NCBI GenBank assembly: GCA_038896535.1
Contig: JAWACY010000001.1
Location: 355,111-419,110, forward strand
DNA from: Candidatus Anstonellales archaeon
Lineage (GTDB): Archaea; Micrarchaeota; Micrarchaeia; Anstonellales; J096
DNA: 64,000 bases
Direction: 5' to 3'
The translations under genes were made by a program, and so were the position numbers. The notes under the pieces are model-generated. The model was not told the origin of the DNA. It searched no databases and worked only from the letters and a program-made list of their open reading frames with translations. Positions 1 to 8,627 of this stretch are shown here, piece by piece. Every line of letters begins with the position of its first letter. Within the stretch, counting starts at the first letter, position 1.

Positions 1-7
1 AAATAAG

Positions 8-415
8 TTGGATCAATCATTTTTAAATGTTAAAGAACTGATTGATGAACTGATTGATGAAATTAATAAATTGGTTGATGCTAAAACAGAAGAAGAAAAG
101 AAAAAAAGAGAAGAAATAATTGAAGCAGTTACCAATGAAATAAATGGAGCCGGGGAGTTAGCAAAAATGATTGTTGCTGAAATGAAGAAATTAAATTTTG
201 AGGAAGATGAAGGAGAGGAATTTAGAAGAAAAATAGAAGAAGAGCTGAAGGAAATAATAAAAAAGCTGGATGAGAGAATTAAAGAAGTTGAAGAAAAAAC
301 AAACGAGCTTAAAGATGGAAGTATAAAAGGAAAATTAAATCTGGCAATTGAAAAAGCGCTTGAAAATATTGAAAATATTAGAAAAGAACATATAGGAGAT
401 AGGAGATTAGTTTAA
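8..415 (+). CDS. Hypothetical E/K-rich coiled-coil protein (start uncertain at window edge)
   Basis: 135-aa ORF with genome-typical codon use and heptad-like E/K/I/L pattern; no recognisable motif. Confidence 0.6.
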   Translation: MDQSFLNVKELIDELIDEINKLVDAKTEEEKKKREEIIEAVTNEINGAGELAKMIVAEMKKLNFEEDEGEEFRRKIEEELKEIIKKLDERIKEVEEKTNELKDGSIKGKLNLAIEKALENIENIRKEHIGDRRLV

Positions 416-424
416 CATTTTTAT

Positions 425-754
425 GTGCTGGTAGAAATGAACAGTATAAAGCATTTTTTCATATCTCATAAAAAAACAAAAGAAATGCTTGAGTTTGCTG
501 GTAAAATAGGCGATATTGATAGTATTGGGTTTCTAAAAGTTGATGAAAAAAATGTTGGGCATTTAACAAAGCATTTTAGCAATTTCCCTTATTTTGTTGT
601 TTTTGTTAGCTCATTAAAACAGCCTTGCTGTACAATAACAAGAGCAATAAAAATGAAAAGAGAAATTGAAAAAAACATCGGCAATAAGATTTTTTATTCT
701 ACATTTGCTACACATGCCTTAGATGAAAACGATTATATTGTATATTGTTTTTAA
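425..754 (+). CDS. Hypothetical protein
   Basis: 109-aa ORF packed co-directionally between the upstream ORF and aspS. Confidence 0.55.
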   Translation: MLVEMNSIKHFFISHKKTKEMLEFAGKIGDIDSIGFLKVDEKNVGHLTKHFSNFPYFVVFVSSLKQPCCTITRAIKMKREIEKNIGNKIFYSTFATHALDENDYIVYCF

Positions 755-778
755 AATTATTCTAAAAAACATCTTATT

Positions 779-2029
779 ATGTATAGAACACATTTTATAG
801 AAGAAGCAAAAAAACAATTAGAGAAGGAAGTCATACTTTGCGGTTGGGCAGAGCATATAAGAGATTTAGGTAAGGTTGTATTTGTAATATTAAGGGATTA
901 TACAGGAAGGATACAATGCGTTATAAAAGACAGGAGCTTAATTAATGCACAAATAAATAGGGAGGATGTAATAAAAGTTAGGGGCATTGTGAAACCTGTG
1001 CAAAATGCTCCATATGGGGGAATAGAAATAGCAGTTAATGAAATAGCAATAATAAATTCTGTTAAAAAAACATTGCCAATAGACCCCACAGAAAAGGTTA
1101 AGTCAGAATTAGAAACTAGATTAAATTATAGGTTTATTGATTTGAGGAAGGATGAAGTAAAAAATATTTTTATTGCAAAGAGCATAGCAGCACAAACATT
1201 TACAAAAATATTGAGCAAAAAACGTTTTATACAGATACAGCCGCCTTCAATAATAGGGGCAGCAAGTGAAGGCGGAGCAGAAGTTTTTGAAGTGCAGTAT
1301 TTTGAGAAAAAGGCTTATCTTGCGCAGAGCCCTCAATTGTATAAACAGCTAGCAGTCATTGGAGGCCTTGAAAGAGTTATGATGATAGCAACTGTTTTTA
1401 GAGCAGAAAAGCACCACACTACATATCACTTAAATGAGATAACATCGATGGATGTAGAAGCAGCATTTTTTGATCATAAAGATATGATGGCCTTGCTTTC
1501 AGATGTTTTTTATGCAATGCTAAAGGAGATGAAAAAAATAAATAGCAATATTAAGTTAGTAAAGCCAATAAAAGTAGAATACAAAAAGGCAATAAATAAA
1601 TTGATTTCAGAAGGGTTTGATATTGAATATGGAGATGATTTAAACAGAGAAGCAGAGCAGAAATTATGTGAGATTTTTGGCGATGCTGTTTTAATACACA
1701 GCTGGCCTACAAAAATAAGAGCATTTTATTCTATGCCATATGAGGACAATCCAGATTTATGTAAGAGTTTTGACCTTCTTTATAAAGGATTGGAAATAAC
1801 AAGCGGAGCACAAAGAATACATGATGCAGATATGCTGAAAGAACAAATTAGAAATAAGGGGTTAAATATAAATGACTTTCAGCACTATATAGAAGCATTT
1901 TACTATGGAGCGCCCCCGCATGCTGGATTTGGGCTAGGCCTTGAAAGATTTATCATGAAAGCACTTGACATAAATAATATAAGAGAAGTTATGTTATTCC
2001 CGAGAGATAGGACAAGGCTTATGCCATAA
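779..2029 (+). CDS. aspS: Aspartate--tRNA ligase, archaeal type (probably non-discriminating Asp/Asn)
   Basis: MYRTH start, OB-fold GW..IRDLG, LAQSPQLYKQ, motif 2 FRAE, motif 3 GAPPHAGFGLGLER, terminal FPRD. Confidence 0.96.
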   Translation: MYRTHFIEEAKKQLEKEVILCGWAEHIRDLGKVVFVILRDYTGRIQCVIKDRSLINAQINREDVIKVRGIVKPVQNAPYGGIEIAVNEIAIINSVKKTLPIDPTEKVKSELETRLNYRFIDLRKDEVKNIFIAKSIAAQTFTKILSKKRFIQIQPPSIIGAASEGGAEVFEVQYFEKKAYLAQSPQLYKQLAVIGGLERVMMIATVFRAEKHHTTYHLNEITSMDVEAAFFDHKDMMALLSDVFYAMLKEMKKINSNIKLVKPIKVEYKKAINKLISEGFDIEYGDDLNREAEQKLCEIFGDAVLIHSWPTKIRAFYSMPYEDNPDLCKSFDLLYKGLEITSGAQRIHDADMLKEQIRNKGLNINDFQHYIEAFYYGAPPHAGFGLGLERFIMKALDINNIREVMLFPRDRTRLMP

Positions 2030-2083
2030 TCTGATGTTATAAAAATGATCGGTTTTTAAACCTTTCTACACACTATTTATAAC

Positions 2084-2659
2084 ATGGCAAACGAAAATGA
2101 GGGTGAAGGAATTATTAATGAGAATGAATATAGCAGATTAAAATTTGGCGCCGAATTTGATGAATTAAAAAACGAGCTAATTGGAAAGCTAGAGGGCCTT
2201 AAAAAAGAAATAGAAAACAAAGAAGAAGAAAAAGGAGATGGTAGGGCGGATATTATAGCATATTTAAATTCAATAAAAGATGGAGTTTATAGAGTTACGC
2301 TTGATCTTGATAAAGATAAACTACACGAAGATCAAGAAGAGAAAGCAAAACTGGAACTTTTTATTTTATTAAATGAGGCACTTGATGAATTAAAGGCAGA
2401 ATTAAATGAACAAAATGTTTTTAGCAAAGAAGCATTAGAAAAAAAGGTTGGGGAAAAATTAAATGAAAGACAAGAAAGTGAAGTTAAAGGGCATTTAGAA
2501 AAAATGCTTAAAGAAATTGGTTTGATAAAAGGACAGGAAGAGAATTTAGTTAAAACAAATATGCCATCTCTTAGTAATGGAGGAAATCAGTCACTTAATG
2601 CTGAAGGAGAGGGAATAAATAATATGCTGGCAGTGCAGGGAATGATGAACAATATATAG
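2084..2659 (+). CDS. Acidic coiled-coil protein; possibly the 5' part of a frameshifted gene extending to 3716
   Basis: 191-aa ORF; the -1 frame is open from 2623 to 2841 and reads like protein. Confidence 0.6.
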   Translation: MANENEGEGIINENEYSRLKFGAEFDELKNELIGKLEGLKKEIENKEEEKGDGRADIIAYLNSIKDGVYRVTLDLDKDKLHEDQEEKAKLELFILLNEALDELKAELNEQNVFSKEALEKKVGEKLNERQESEVKGHLEKMLKEIGLIKGQEENLVKTNMPSLSNGGNQSLNAEGEGINNMLAVQGMMNNI

Positions 2660-2840
2660 ATATAAATGCATTAGCTGTTGCCTTTGCTGATTTGCTTGTT
2701 GCAAAAGAGAGAATGATAAGAAGTAAGCATGATAAACATGTTATACAAAGTTCTGGCCAAATAATTAATAAGGTAAAATCTGCTTTGGCCAGTATGGAAG
2801 ATGAAAAGAAAAAGGGTTTTTCAATTATGTTAGGTTATTA

Positions 2841-3716
2841 ATGGCAGAAAAAAGAGAAGATGATAGTAGGAGAATATACAGGTTTTCAAGAGCATTAAGA
2901 AAGTATAGATGGCTTTTGCCAATATTCACTATTTCAACAACATTGGCCGCAACAACATTTCTAGTCAGTGGTTGCATTGTTGCTGGCATTTCATTATATA
3001 GCTTATCAGCAGTAGCAAGGGGCATATCATCTTATGTATCAACAAATGCATTATTAACAGCAACTCAAAGGCTTTATGCAACAAAGTTAAAGAGAAATAA
3101 AGAAAAAAGGATAGCAGCATGCCTTATATTTGATCATGAAAAAGCATTGAATAAGGCATTAGATGCATTAAATGAAGGCATAGGAGATAATACAGTGGAA
3201 AATATGGTTGAATATGCAGAAAATTACAGAAAATCAAAGTTTGCAAAACACATATTCTCAGCTCTTGTCGGCATTTCATTGGCATATGCTGGTTTAGCAA
3301 AAGCAACATGCTATGTTGATTCATTATCAAGCAAAATAGCAAGCATATCAACATTAAAAGAACAGCCAATAACAGCAATAAAAGAGGGGGCAAATGCAAT
3401 AACAGATGATAGCATTTTTATAGCAAAGAAAGGAGAGGGCATATGGCATATATCAAGAAGAGCATTAGAATACCATTACGGAGAAGCATTTAAAGCATTG
3501 ACTGAAAAAGAGAAAATAATGCTGATTGATAGGCTTAAAGATAAAATAATAGAAAACAAAGCACTATTTGGCTTGGAAGGGCATGAAGTAATAAATAGGA
3601 GTATAGAAAAAGGTGGGCCTTGGTTAAAGTTGGGTGCAAAAATAGATAATTTAACAGATAAAGAGCTAATAAATAAGGCAATTGGAAAATATGCGCATCT
3701 ATTAGCAAGGAGATAA
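2841..3716 (+). CDS. Membrane-associated protein with C-terminal LysM-like motif
   Basis: Hydrophobic segments (WLLPIFTISTTLAATTFLVSGCIVAGISLY; IFSALVGISLAYAGLA) and IAKKGEGIWHISRR resembling the LysM xVxxGDTLWxIA start. Confidence 0.6.
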   Translation: MAEKREDDSRRIYRFSRALRKYRWLLPIFTISTTLAATTFLVSGCIVAGISLYSLSAVARGISSYVSTNALLTATQRLYATKLKRNKEKRIAACLIFDHEKALNKALDALNEGIGDNTVENMVEYAENYRKSKFAKHIFSALVGISLAYAGLAKATCYVDSLSSKIASISTLKEQPITAIKEGANAITDDSIFIAKKGEGIWHISRRALEYHYGEAFKALTEKEKIMLIDRLKDKIIENKALFGLEGHEVINRSIEKGGPWLKLGAKIDNLTDKELINKAIGKYAHLLARR

Positions 3717-3764
3717 AAGGCTAAAAATAGGCAAAGTATTAAATAATTAATGTTATTATTTTTT

Positions 3765-4595
3765 ATGCTCTTATTTGGAACAGCAGGCATTCCTTTATCT
3801 AGCGAAGGAAATGATACTGTAGCAGGGATAAAAAGGGTAAAGGAGCTTGGCTTGGGTGCAATGGAGCTGGAATTTGTAAGGAGCGTTTATGTAAAAAGTA
3901 ATGAAGAAGCAGAGAGAATAAAACAGGAAGCAAAAAAGCAAAGCATAAGATTAAGCGTTCATGCTCCATACTTCATAAATCTCAATGCTTCAGAAAAAGC
4001 TAAATTAGAAGCAAGTAAAAAACGCATTTTAGATAGTGCAAAAGCAGCCTATTTATGCGGGGCAAATGATATAGCAATTCATTCTGGTTTTTATTTAGGG
4101 AATGAAAAATCAGCTGTTTATGAAAAAATAAAGCAGGCTTATAAAGATATAAGGAAGAAAATGAGAGAAATGGGCATAGATAGCATAATACTCAGGCCAG
4201 AAATGATGGGCAAACCAACCCAATTTGCTGATATTGATACAATAATAAGGTTATGTAATGATGTTGAAGGATTATTGCCATGTATTGATTACGCCCATTA
4301 TCAAGCGCTTTATGGAGAAAAAGTAAATAACTATGATGGCTTTTGTGCATTACTTGATAAAATTAAGGATGGCCTTGGAAAGCAGGCATTAAAAAATATG
4401 CATATCCAGTTTTCCGCTGTTGAATATACAGATAAAGGAGAGAGAAACCACACTACATTTGATGAAGGAACGCTTAGATGGAAAGATATGGTAAAGACAT
4501 GGAAGCATTATAAAATAGAAGGAATAGCAATAAGTGAAAGTCCAAATATAGAGGGAGATGCAATAAAAGCGATGTCAGAATATAAAAAGGCATGA
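3765..4595 (+). CDS. nfo: Endonuclease IV / AP endonuclease family 2 (TIM barrel)
   Basis: FGTAGIP, MELEFVR, SVHAPYFINLN, HSGFY, RPEMMGKPTQF, CIDYAH, GERNH, ISESP motifs. Confidence 0.9.
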   Translation: MLLFGTAGIPLSSEGNDTVAGIKRVKELGLGAMELEFVRSVYVKSNEEAERIKQEAKKQSIRLSVHAPYFINLNASEKAKLEASKKRILDSAKAAYLCGANDIAIHSGFYLGNEKSAVYEKIKQAYKDIRKKMREMGIDSIILRPEMMGKPTQFADIDTIIRLCNDVEGLLPCIDYAHYQALYGEKVNNYDGFCALLDKIKDGLGKQALKNMHIQFSAVEYTDKGERNHTTFDEGTLRWKDMVKTWKHYKIEGIAISESPNIEGDAIKAMSEYKKA

Positions 4596-4722
4596 AAATG
4601 TCAAAAACAGAATATAAATAGAAAATTTGCCTGCACTTGCTATTGCTTTTTATTCCTGCTTTATAACCACAAAATAACCACAAAATATTTAAATACTTTA
4701 AAACAATATTTAGCGTGGGAGG

Positions 4723-5523
4723 ATGGAGAGGCGAATAGTGGTTGTAAAACCCCATGAAAATGAAAAAGAAGCTATAAGGCCATTTGAACTGCCCCTTTTA
4801 AAAGAGCTTAGAAAAGCTGGTTTTGATTGTATTAGAGCGAGAACAAGAAGCAGGTTTAAATTCTATACAAAAGCAAAGCAAGCTGTCGAGCAAAGATTTG
4901 CTAAAGAGAACAGGTTTTATTTAAACAGAATCCTTGAGTTTGTTTTTTCTTCTTTGGATTTTATGTCAAGGATGAGAAGAGCTTTGAAATTGAAAGAACA
5001 TTATGGAATTTTAGAACTGCATTCATACAGGGCCAAAAGAGAAGATAATATAATGATATTTGGTAAGGAAGATTTAACAAATGCCATTGAAGATGCCATA
5101 ACATCTTTTACAGAGATGGCACAAGCTATGTGCTCAGGAAAAGGCATTAAGGTCAAAAACCTTTTTGGCATATCAGGGCTGGAATTTGAGGAAACAGAAA
5201 GAGTTGAAAGTGAATTCATTTCAAATGTTTGCTCAGTTGCTTGTGGAAAGAACATAGAAGCGCTGTTAAAAGAACTTAGAACTTTACTAGATAGGTTTAA
5301 ACTAGATAATCATAGCTTTAATATGATTGAATTTCCTGGAGTAATTGATGTAAAAGAGAGCTTGAAGAATGAGGGCATTGTATTTAATGGCTTTTCATCA
5401 AGGTTTGAGTATCTATATTTATGGTTAAAGTTAAAACAGATAGACGCAGAAAATTATGATATTGAAGAAGCTGCAAGGTTGGTTGCTTCTTTATATAAAA
5501 ATAGACATTATTATGTTTCATAG
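4723..5523 (+). CDS. Hypothetical protein
   Basis: 266-aa ORF with purine-rich GGGAGG just upstream; no motif recognised. Confidence 0.65.
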   Translation: MERRIVVVKPHENEKEAIRPFELPLLKELRKAGFDCIRARTRSRFKFYTKAKQAVEQRFAKENRFYLNRILEFVFSSLDFMSRMRRALKLKEHYGILELHSYRAKREDNIMIFGKEDLTNAIEDAITSFTEMAQAMCSGKGIKVKNLFGISGLEFEETERVESEFISNVCSVACGKNIEALLKELRTLLDRFKLDNHSFNMIEFPGVIDVKESLKNEGIVFNGFSSRFEYLYLWLKLKQIDAENYDIEEAARLVASLYKNRHYYVS

Positions 5524-5577
5524 CTATTTCTTTAAAAAAAGCAAAGGTTTTTAAATACATAAAATATCTTTTTAATT

Positions 5578-6546
5578 ATGGCCCGTTGCTGTAATTCAGT
5601 AAGTGTTTTGTCTTTGAATATTAACACAGGTCATGGGCCATTCAAATCTTTTCATGAGAGATTAGAAAGAAAAGAGCTGGAAGAGAATTTAGATAAAATA
5701 GCATCTTTTTTGAGAAAGGCAAAACCAGAAGTTGTTTGCTTGCAGGAAGTTGATCTATGCTGGGATGGAACGCATTGCATAAATCAAGCATCTTATATAG
5801 CAGAAAAAGCTGGCTATAATTATTATGTCTACCATATTTTTCATAAGAAAATTGGCGTTCCATCATTTATAAATAGCCCAACAATAAGTTCTATATTTAA
5901 TAGAGACACTGGAATGGCCATATTAAGCATTTATCCTATTACTGCTCATGGCTATTACAAGTTTGGTTCAAGTAAAAACAAGGCAGTTGATTGGTTGAAA
6001 AATATTATGAATGAAGCAAAAGGTTATATGTGGGCGGATATTGATAAGCAAGGGGTAATTTATACAGTTATAAATCTGCATTTAATAAATGATATAGTTG
6101 GCACTGTTATTGGCTTTTTAACTGGCAAATTCATATATAAAGGCGGGAAAATAAGGGAGAAGCAATTGACAACATTGTTAAGGCATTTAGATGAATTCTT
6201 TGGCAAGAAAAATGTAATTATAGCTGGCGATTTTAATTCTGTTCCTGAATCTTTGCAAGGTTGTTTTAGCAATAATATACATGGCTTAGAGGAAGATGAT
6301 TATAGAGGGGACAGCACGTTAGAAATATTAAAATCCTATGCTGAAAGGACAAAAAGATTTTTGCTTTTGCCATTTATTTCATGCAGGAAGATTGATGAAG
6401 CAAGAGATTATTTTACTTATCCAGCAATTAAGCCACAAAGGCCAATAGATTATATATTCCCCCCTTATGCAAAATCTTATTGTGTATTAAAAGAGCTATT
6501 GTCTGATCACTTACCAGTATTTAGCGAGGCAGAGGTTTTGTCATGA
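5578..6546 (+). CDS. Endonuclease/exonuclease/phosphatase (EEP) family protein
   Basis: SLNI, VVCLQEVD, INLHL, IIAGDFNS, IDYIF, SDHLPV catalytic motifs. Confidence 0.9.
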   Translation: MARCCNSVSVLSLNINTGHGPFKSFHERLERKELEENLDKIASFLRKAKPEVVCLQEVDLCWDGTHCINQASYIAEKAGYNYYVYHIFHKKIGVPSFINSPTISSIFNRDTGMAILSIYPITAHGYYKFGSSKNKAVDWLKNIMNEAKGYMWADIDKQGVIYTVINLHLINDIVGTVIGFLTGKFIYKGGKIREKQLTTLLRHLDEFFGKKNVIIAGDFNSVPESLQGCFSNNIHGLEEDDYRGDSTLEILKSYAERTKRFLLLPFISCRKIDEARDYFTYPAIKPQRPIDYIFPPYAKSYCVLKELLSDHLPVFSEAEVLS

Positions 6547-6860
6547 AAAATGAAATAGATTTTTGGAAAATAAGATTGCCAGCCATAATTGGAAGAGTTC
6601 AAAAATCAAAGGAGAAGACAAGGCAGAAATGGATAAGCAATACTTCAAGACACGTTGAAAGACTTTTGAAAGCAGAGACAACAATAAGTGCTAGATTAGA
6701 TGATATAACAGATGAAAGGGAGAAAGAGAGGTTAAGAAAAGAATCAGAAATATTAAGGCAAAAAATAAATCGTATAATAACGCATTTTCGTCAAATATGG
6801 CGTTTTTGGGAATGCTTGGAGGCCTTCAATGAAGAAAATGGCAAGAATTGGTTTAACTAA
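6543..6860 (+). CDS. Hypothetical basic helical protein
   Basis: 105-aa ORF overlapping the EEP stop (ATGA coupling). Confidence 0.55.
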   Translation: MKNEIDFWKIRLPAIIGRVQKSKEKTRQKWISNTSRHVERLLKAETTISARLDDITDEREKERLRKESEILRQKINRIITHFRQIWRFWECLEAFNEENGKNWFN

Positions 6861-7140
6861 GCATAGCAAAGAAAAGCAAGAAAAAATCAATAAACTTAAA
6901 GGCATAACAAAGACAAGTAAGGGAAAAATAGAGCAGCGCCTTTATTTATCAGAAGGAGATTTTATTATTTATGGTTACAGGGATTTAGATGGAAAAATGA
7001 TAGAGGGAAAATACAGCATAATATTGAAGCACAAAAATAATAAGATAGAGCAAATAATGATAGTTAAAACAAAAAATGGCAGAGAATTAATAGTAAAGCA
7101 TGAGAATATTGATAAAATTCCTGATATTGCATATGACTAA
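6829..7140 (+). CDS. Hypothetical protein
   Basis: 103-aa ORF ending just before tRNA-Leu. Confidence 0.6.
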   Translation: MKKMARIGLTKHSKEKQEKINKLKGITKTSKGKIEQRLYLSEGDFIIYGYRDLDGKMIEGKYSIILKHKNNKIEQIMIVKTKNGRELIVKHENIDKIPDIAYD

Positions 7141-7178
7141 TATTATAAAAGATTTTTCTTAATAATCTAATTTATTTA

Positions 7179-7264
7179 GCAGGGGTCGCCAAGTCTGGTC
7201 AAAGGCGCAGGGCTTAGGACCCTGTCCCTTAGTGGGTTCGTGGGTTCAAATCCCACCCCCTGCA
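7179..7264 (+). tRNA. tRNA-Leu (anticodon TAG)
   Basis: Acceptor GCAGGGG/CCCCTGC+A, anticodon arm CAGGG-CTTAGGA-CCCTG, long variable arm, GTTCAAATC T-loop; no encoded CCA. Confidence 0.96.
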
Positions 7265-7266
7265 TA

Positions 7267-7407
7267 GTAAGAAGGCAATGCCCTTATATATGCGCCTTCT
7301 TACAAACATCCCACCGCTATTATACGCTTGTTGAAGAAGGCAATGCCCTTATAAACATGCCTTCTTACAATCTTCCAACCCTTATTATAAACTTGTTGGG
7401 GAAGGCA
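7267..7407. repeat. Imperfect 65-bp tandem repeat with internal hairpin (two units plus start of a third)
   Basis: GAAGGCA recurs at 7271, 7336 and 7401; unit 1 has the stem GTAAGAAGGC/GCCTTCTTAC. Confidence 0.8.
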
Positions 7408-7589
7408 CTAAATTATTATTGGCTTGTGGAAGGTGGCGAGTTGGCTAAGAAATCCATTCTTATAATATCTGACATTTTTATCTTCTCCTTATATAATAAA
7501 GTCTGAGTTGGAAGGTAAAAGAATATGGAAGTTGGTTGTGGTAAGTCGGTTGATTAAATTATTGGCAGTTGATAAAGATTAAAGAAAGC

Positions 7590-8579
7590 TTATAAAACAT
7601 CTATACTTGTTATGTTTTCATCTTTTTTTCCGCCTGTGCCTAATATTGATGGAGATTTAACCCCAACAATAACTGCAGTTACATAAATTTTGTCTTTCAT
7701 ATTATCATTTATTCTTGCCCCAAGTTTTACATTTGCATCTTCTCTTAATGATTCTGTTATGCCCTCCCCTATTTTAACAGCCTCGCCAAGCGTTAAATCC
7801 TCTCCTCCTTCTATGTGTATAAGGGCCCCATGTGCATCTTCATAATCAACTTCAAGCAATGGATGGTAGAGTGTATTTTTTACTGCATCCTCTACCCTGT
7901 TTGGCCCTTCTCCTTCTCCTAATGAAATCATTGCAAGTCCTCCTTTTCCTTGCACAATAGCCCTTAAATCAGCATAATCCATAGGAATTAATGATGGTAA
8001 AACAATGCTGTCAGATATGCCTTTTACTGCCCGATTCATAACATTGTCAGCAAGTTCAAAAGCTTTATCAACTGGTAAATTTGGAGCATATGAAAGGAGC
8101 TTATTATTGTCTATTACTATAAGTGTATCACATACTTTTGACATCCTTTCTATGCCTTTTAAAGCATTTGCAATCCTTGACCTCTCAAGTTTGAATGGAT
8201 ATGTAACAACACCTATTGTTATTGCCCCAATGTCCTTTGCTGCTTGTGCAACAATAGGGGCCGCGCCAGTGCCAGTTCCTCCTCCCATGCCAGCAGAAAT
8301 AAAAACTAGCTCGTTCTCAGATAGGGTATTTTTTATTTCTTCATAACTTGTTTGAGCGCATTTCTCTGCAATTTCAGGATTTCCGCCAGCCCCAAGGCCC
8401 CTAGTAAATTCTTTCCCTATAAGTAATTTTTTGTGTGCATGTGTAACTTTTGTTAAATGCAATGCGTCTGTATTTAAAGCAATTGTTACTGCACTTTTTA
8501 TGCCTGATTTATAAAGCCTTGTTATTGCATTGCATCCAGCTCCACCAACCCCAACAGCAGCAATTTTTACTTCTCGCAT
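7590..8579 (-). CDS. ftsZ: Cell division protein FtsZ (FtsZ2-like)
   Basis: GVGGAGCNA, GLGAGG, tubulin signature GMGGGTGTGAAP; T7 loop reads IPMDYAD. Confidence 0.95.
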   Translation of the reverse strand: MREVKIAAVGVGGAGCNAITRLYKSGIKSAVTIALNTDALHLTKVTHAHKKLLIGKEFTRGLGAGGNPEIAEKCAQTSYEEIKNTLSENELVFISAGMGGGTGTGAAPIVAQAAKDIGAITIGVVTYPFKLERSRIANALKGIERMSKVCDTLIVIDNNKLLSYAPNLPVDKAFELADNVMNRAVKGISDSIVLPSLIPMDYADLRAIVQGKGGLAMISLGEGEGPNRVEDAVKNTLYHPLLEVDYEDAHGALIHIEGGEDLTLGEAVKIGEGITESLREDANVKLGARINDNMKDKIYVTAVIVGVKSPSILGTGGKKDENITSIDVL

Positions 8580-8627
8580 GATATATATTATAGTAATAAT
8601 TTAATAAATTTATGCCTTATTATTTTC

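Noticed and set aside
7267..7407. CRISPR mini-array (37-bp palindromic repeat with ~28-bp spacers)
   Set aside because: The would-be spacers resemble each other, the repeats are not identical, there are barely three units and no cas gene is in the window; better described as a tandem duplication
7240..7506. 88-aa ORF
   Set aside because: Starts inside tRNA-Leu and runs through the repeat; not a credible gene
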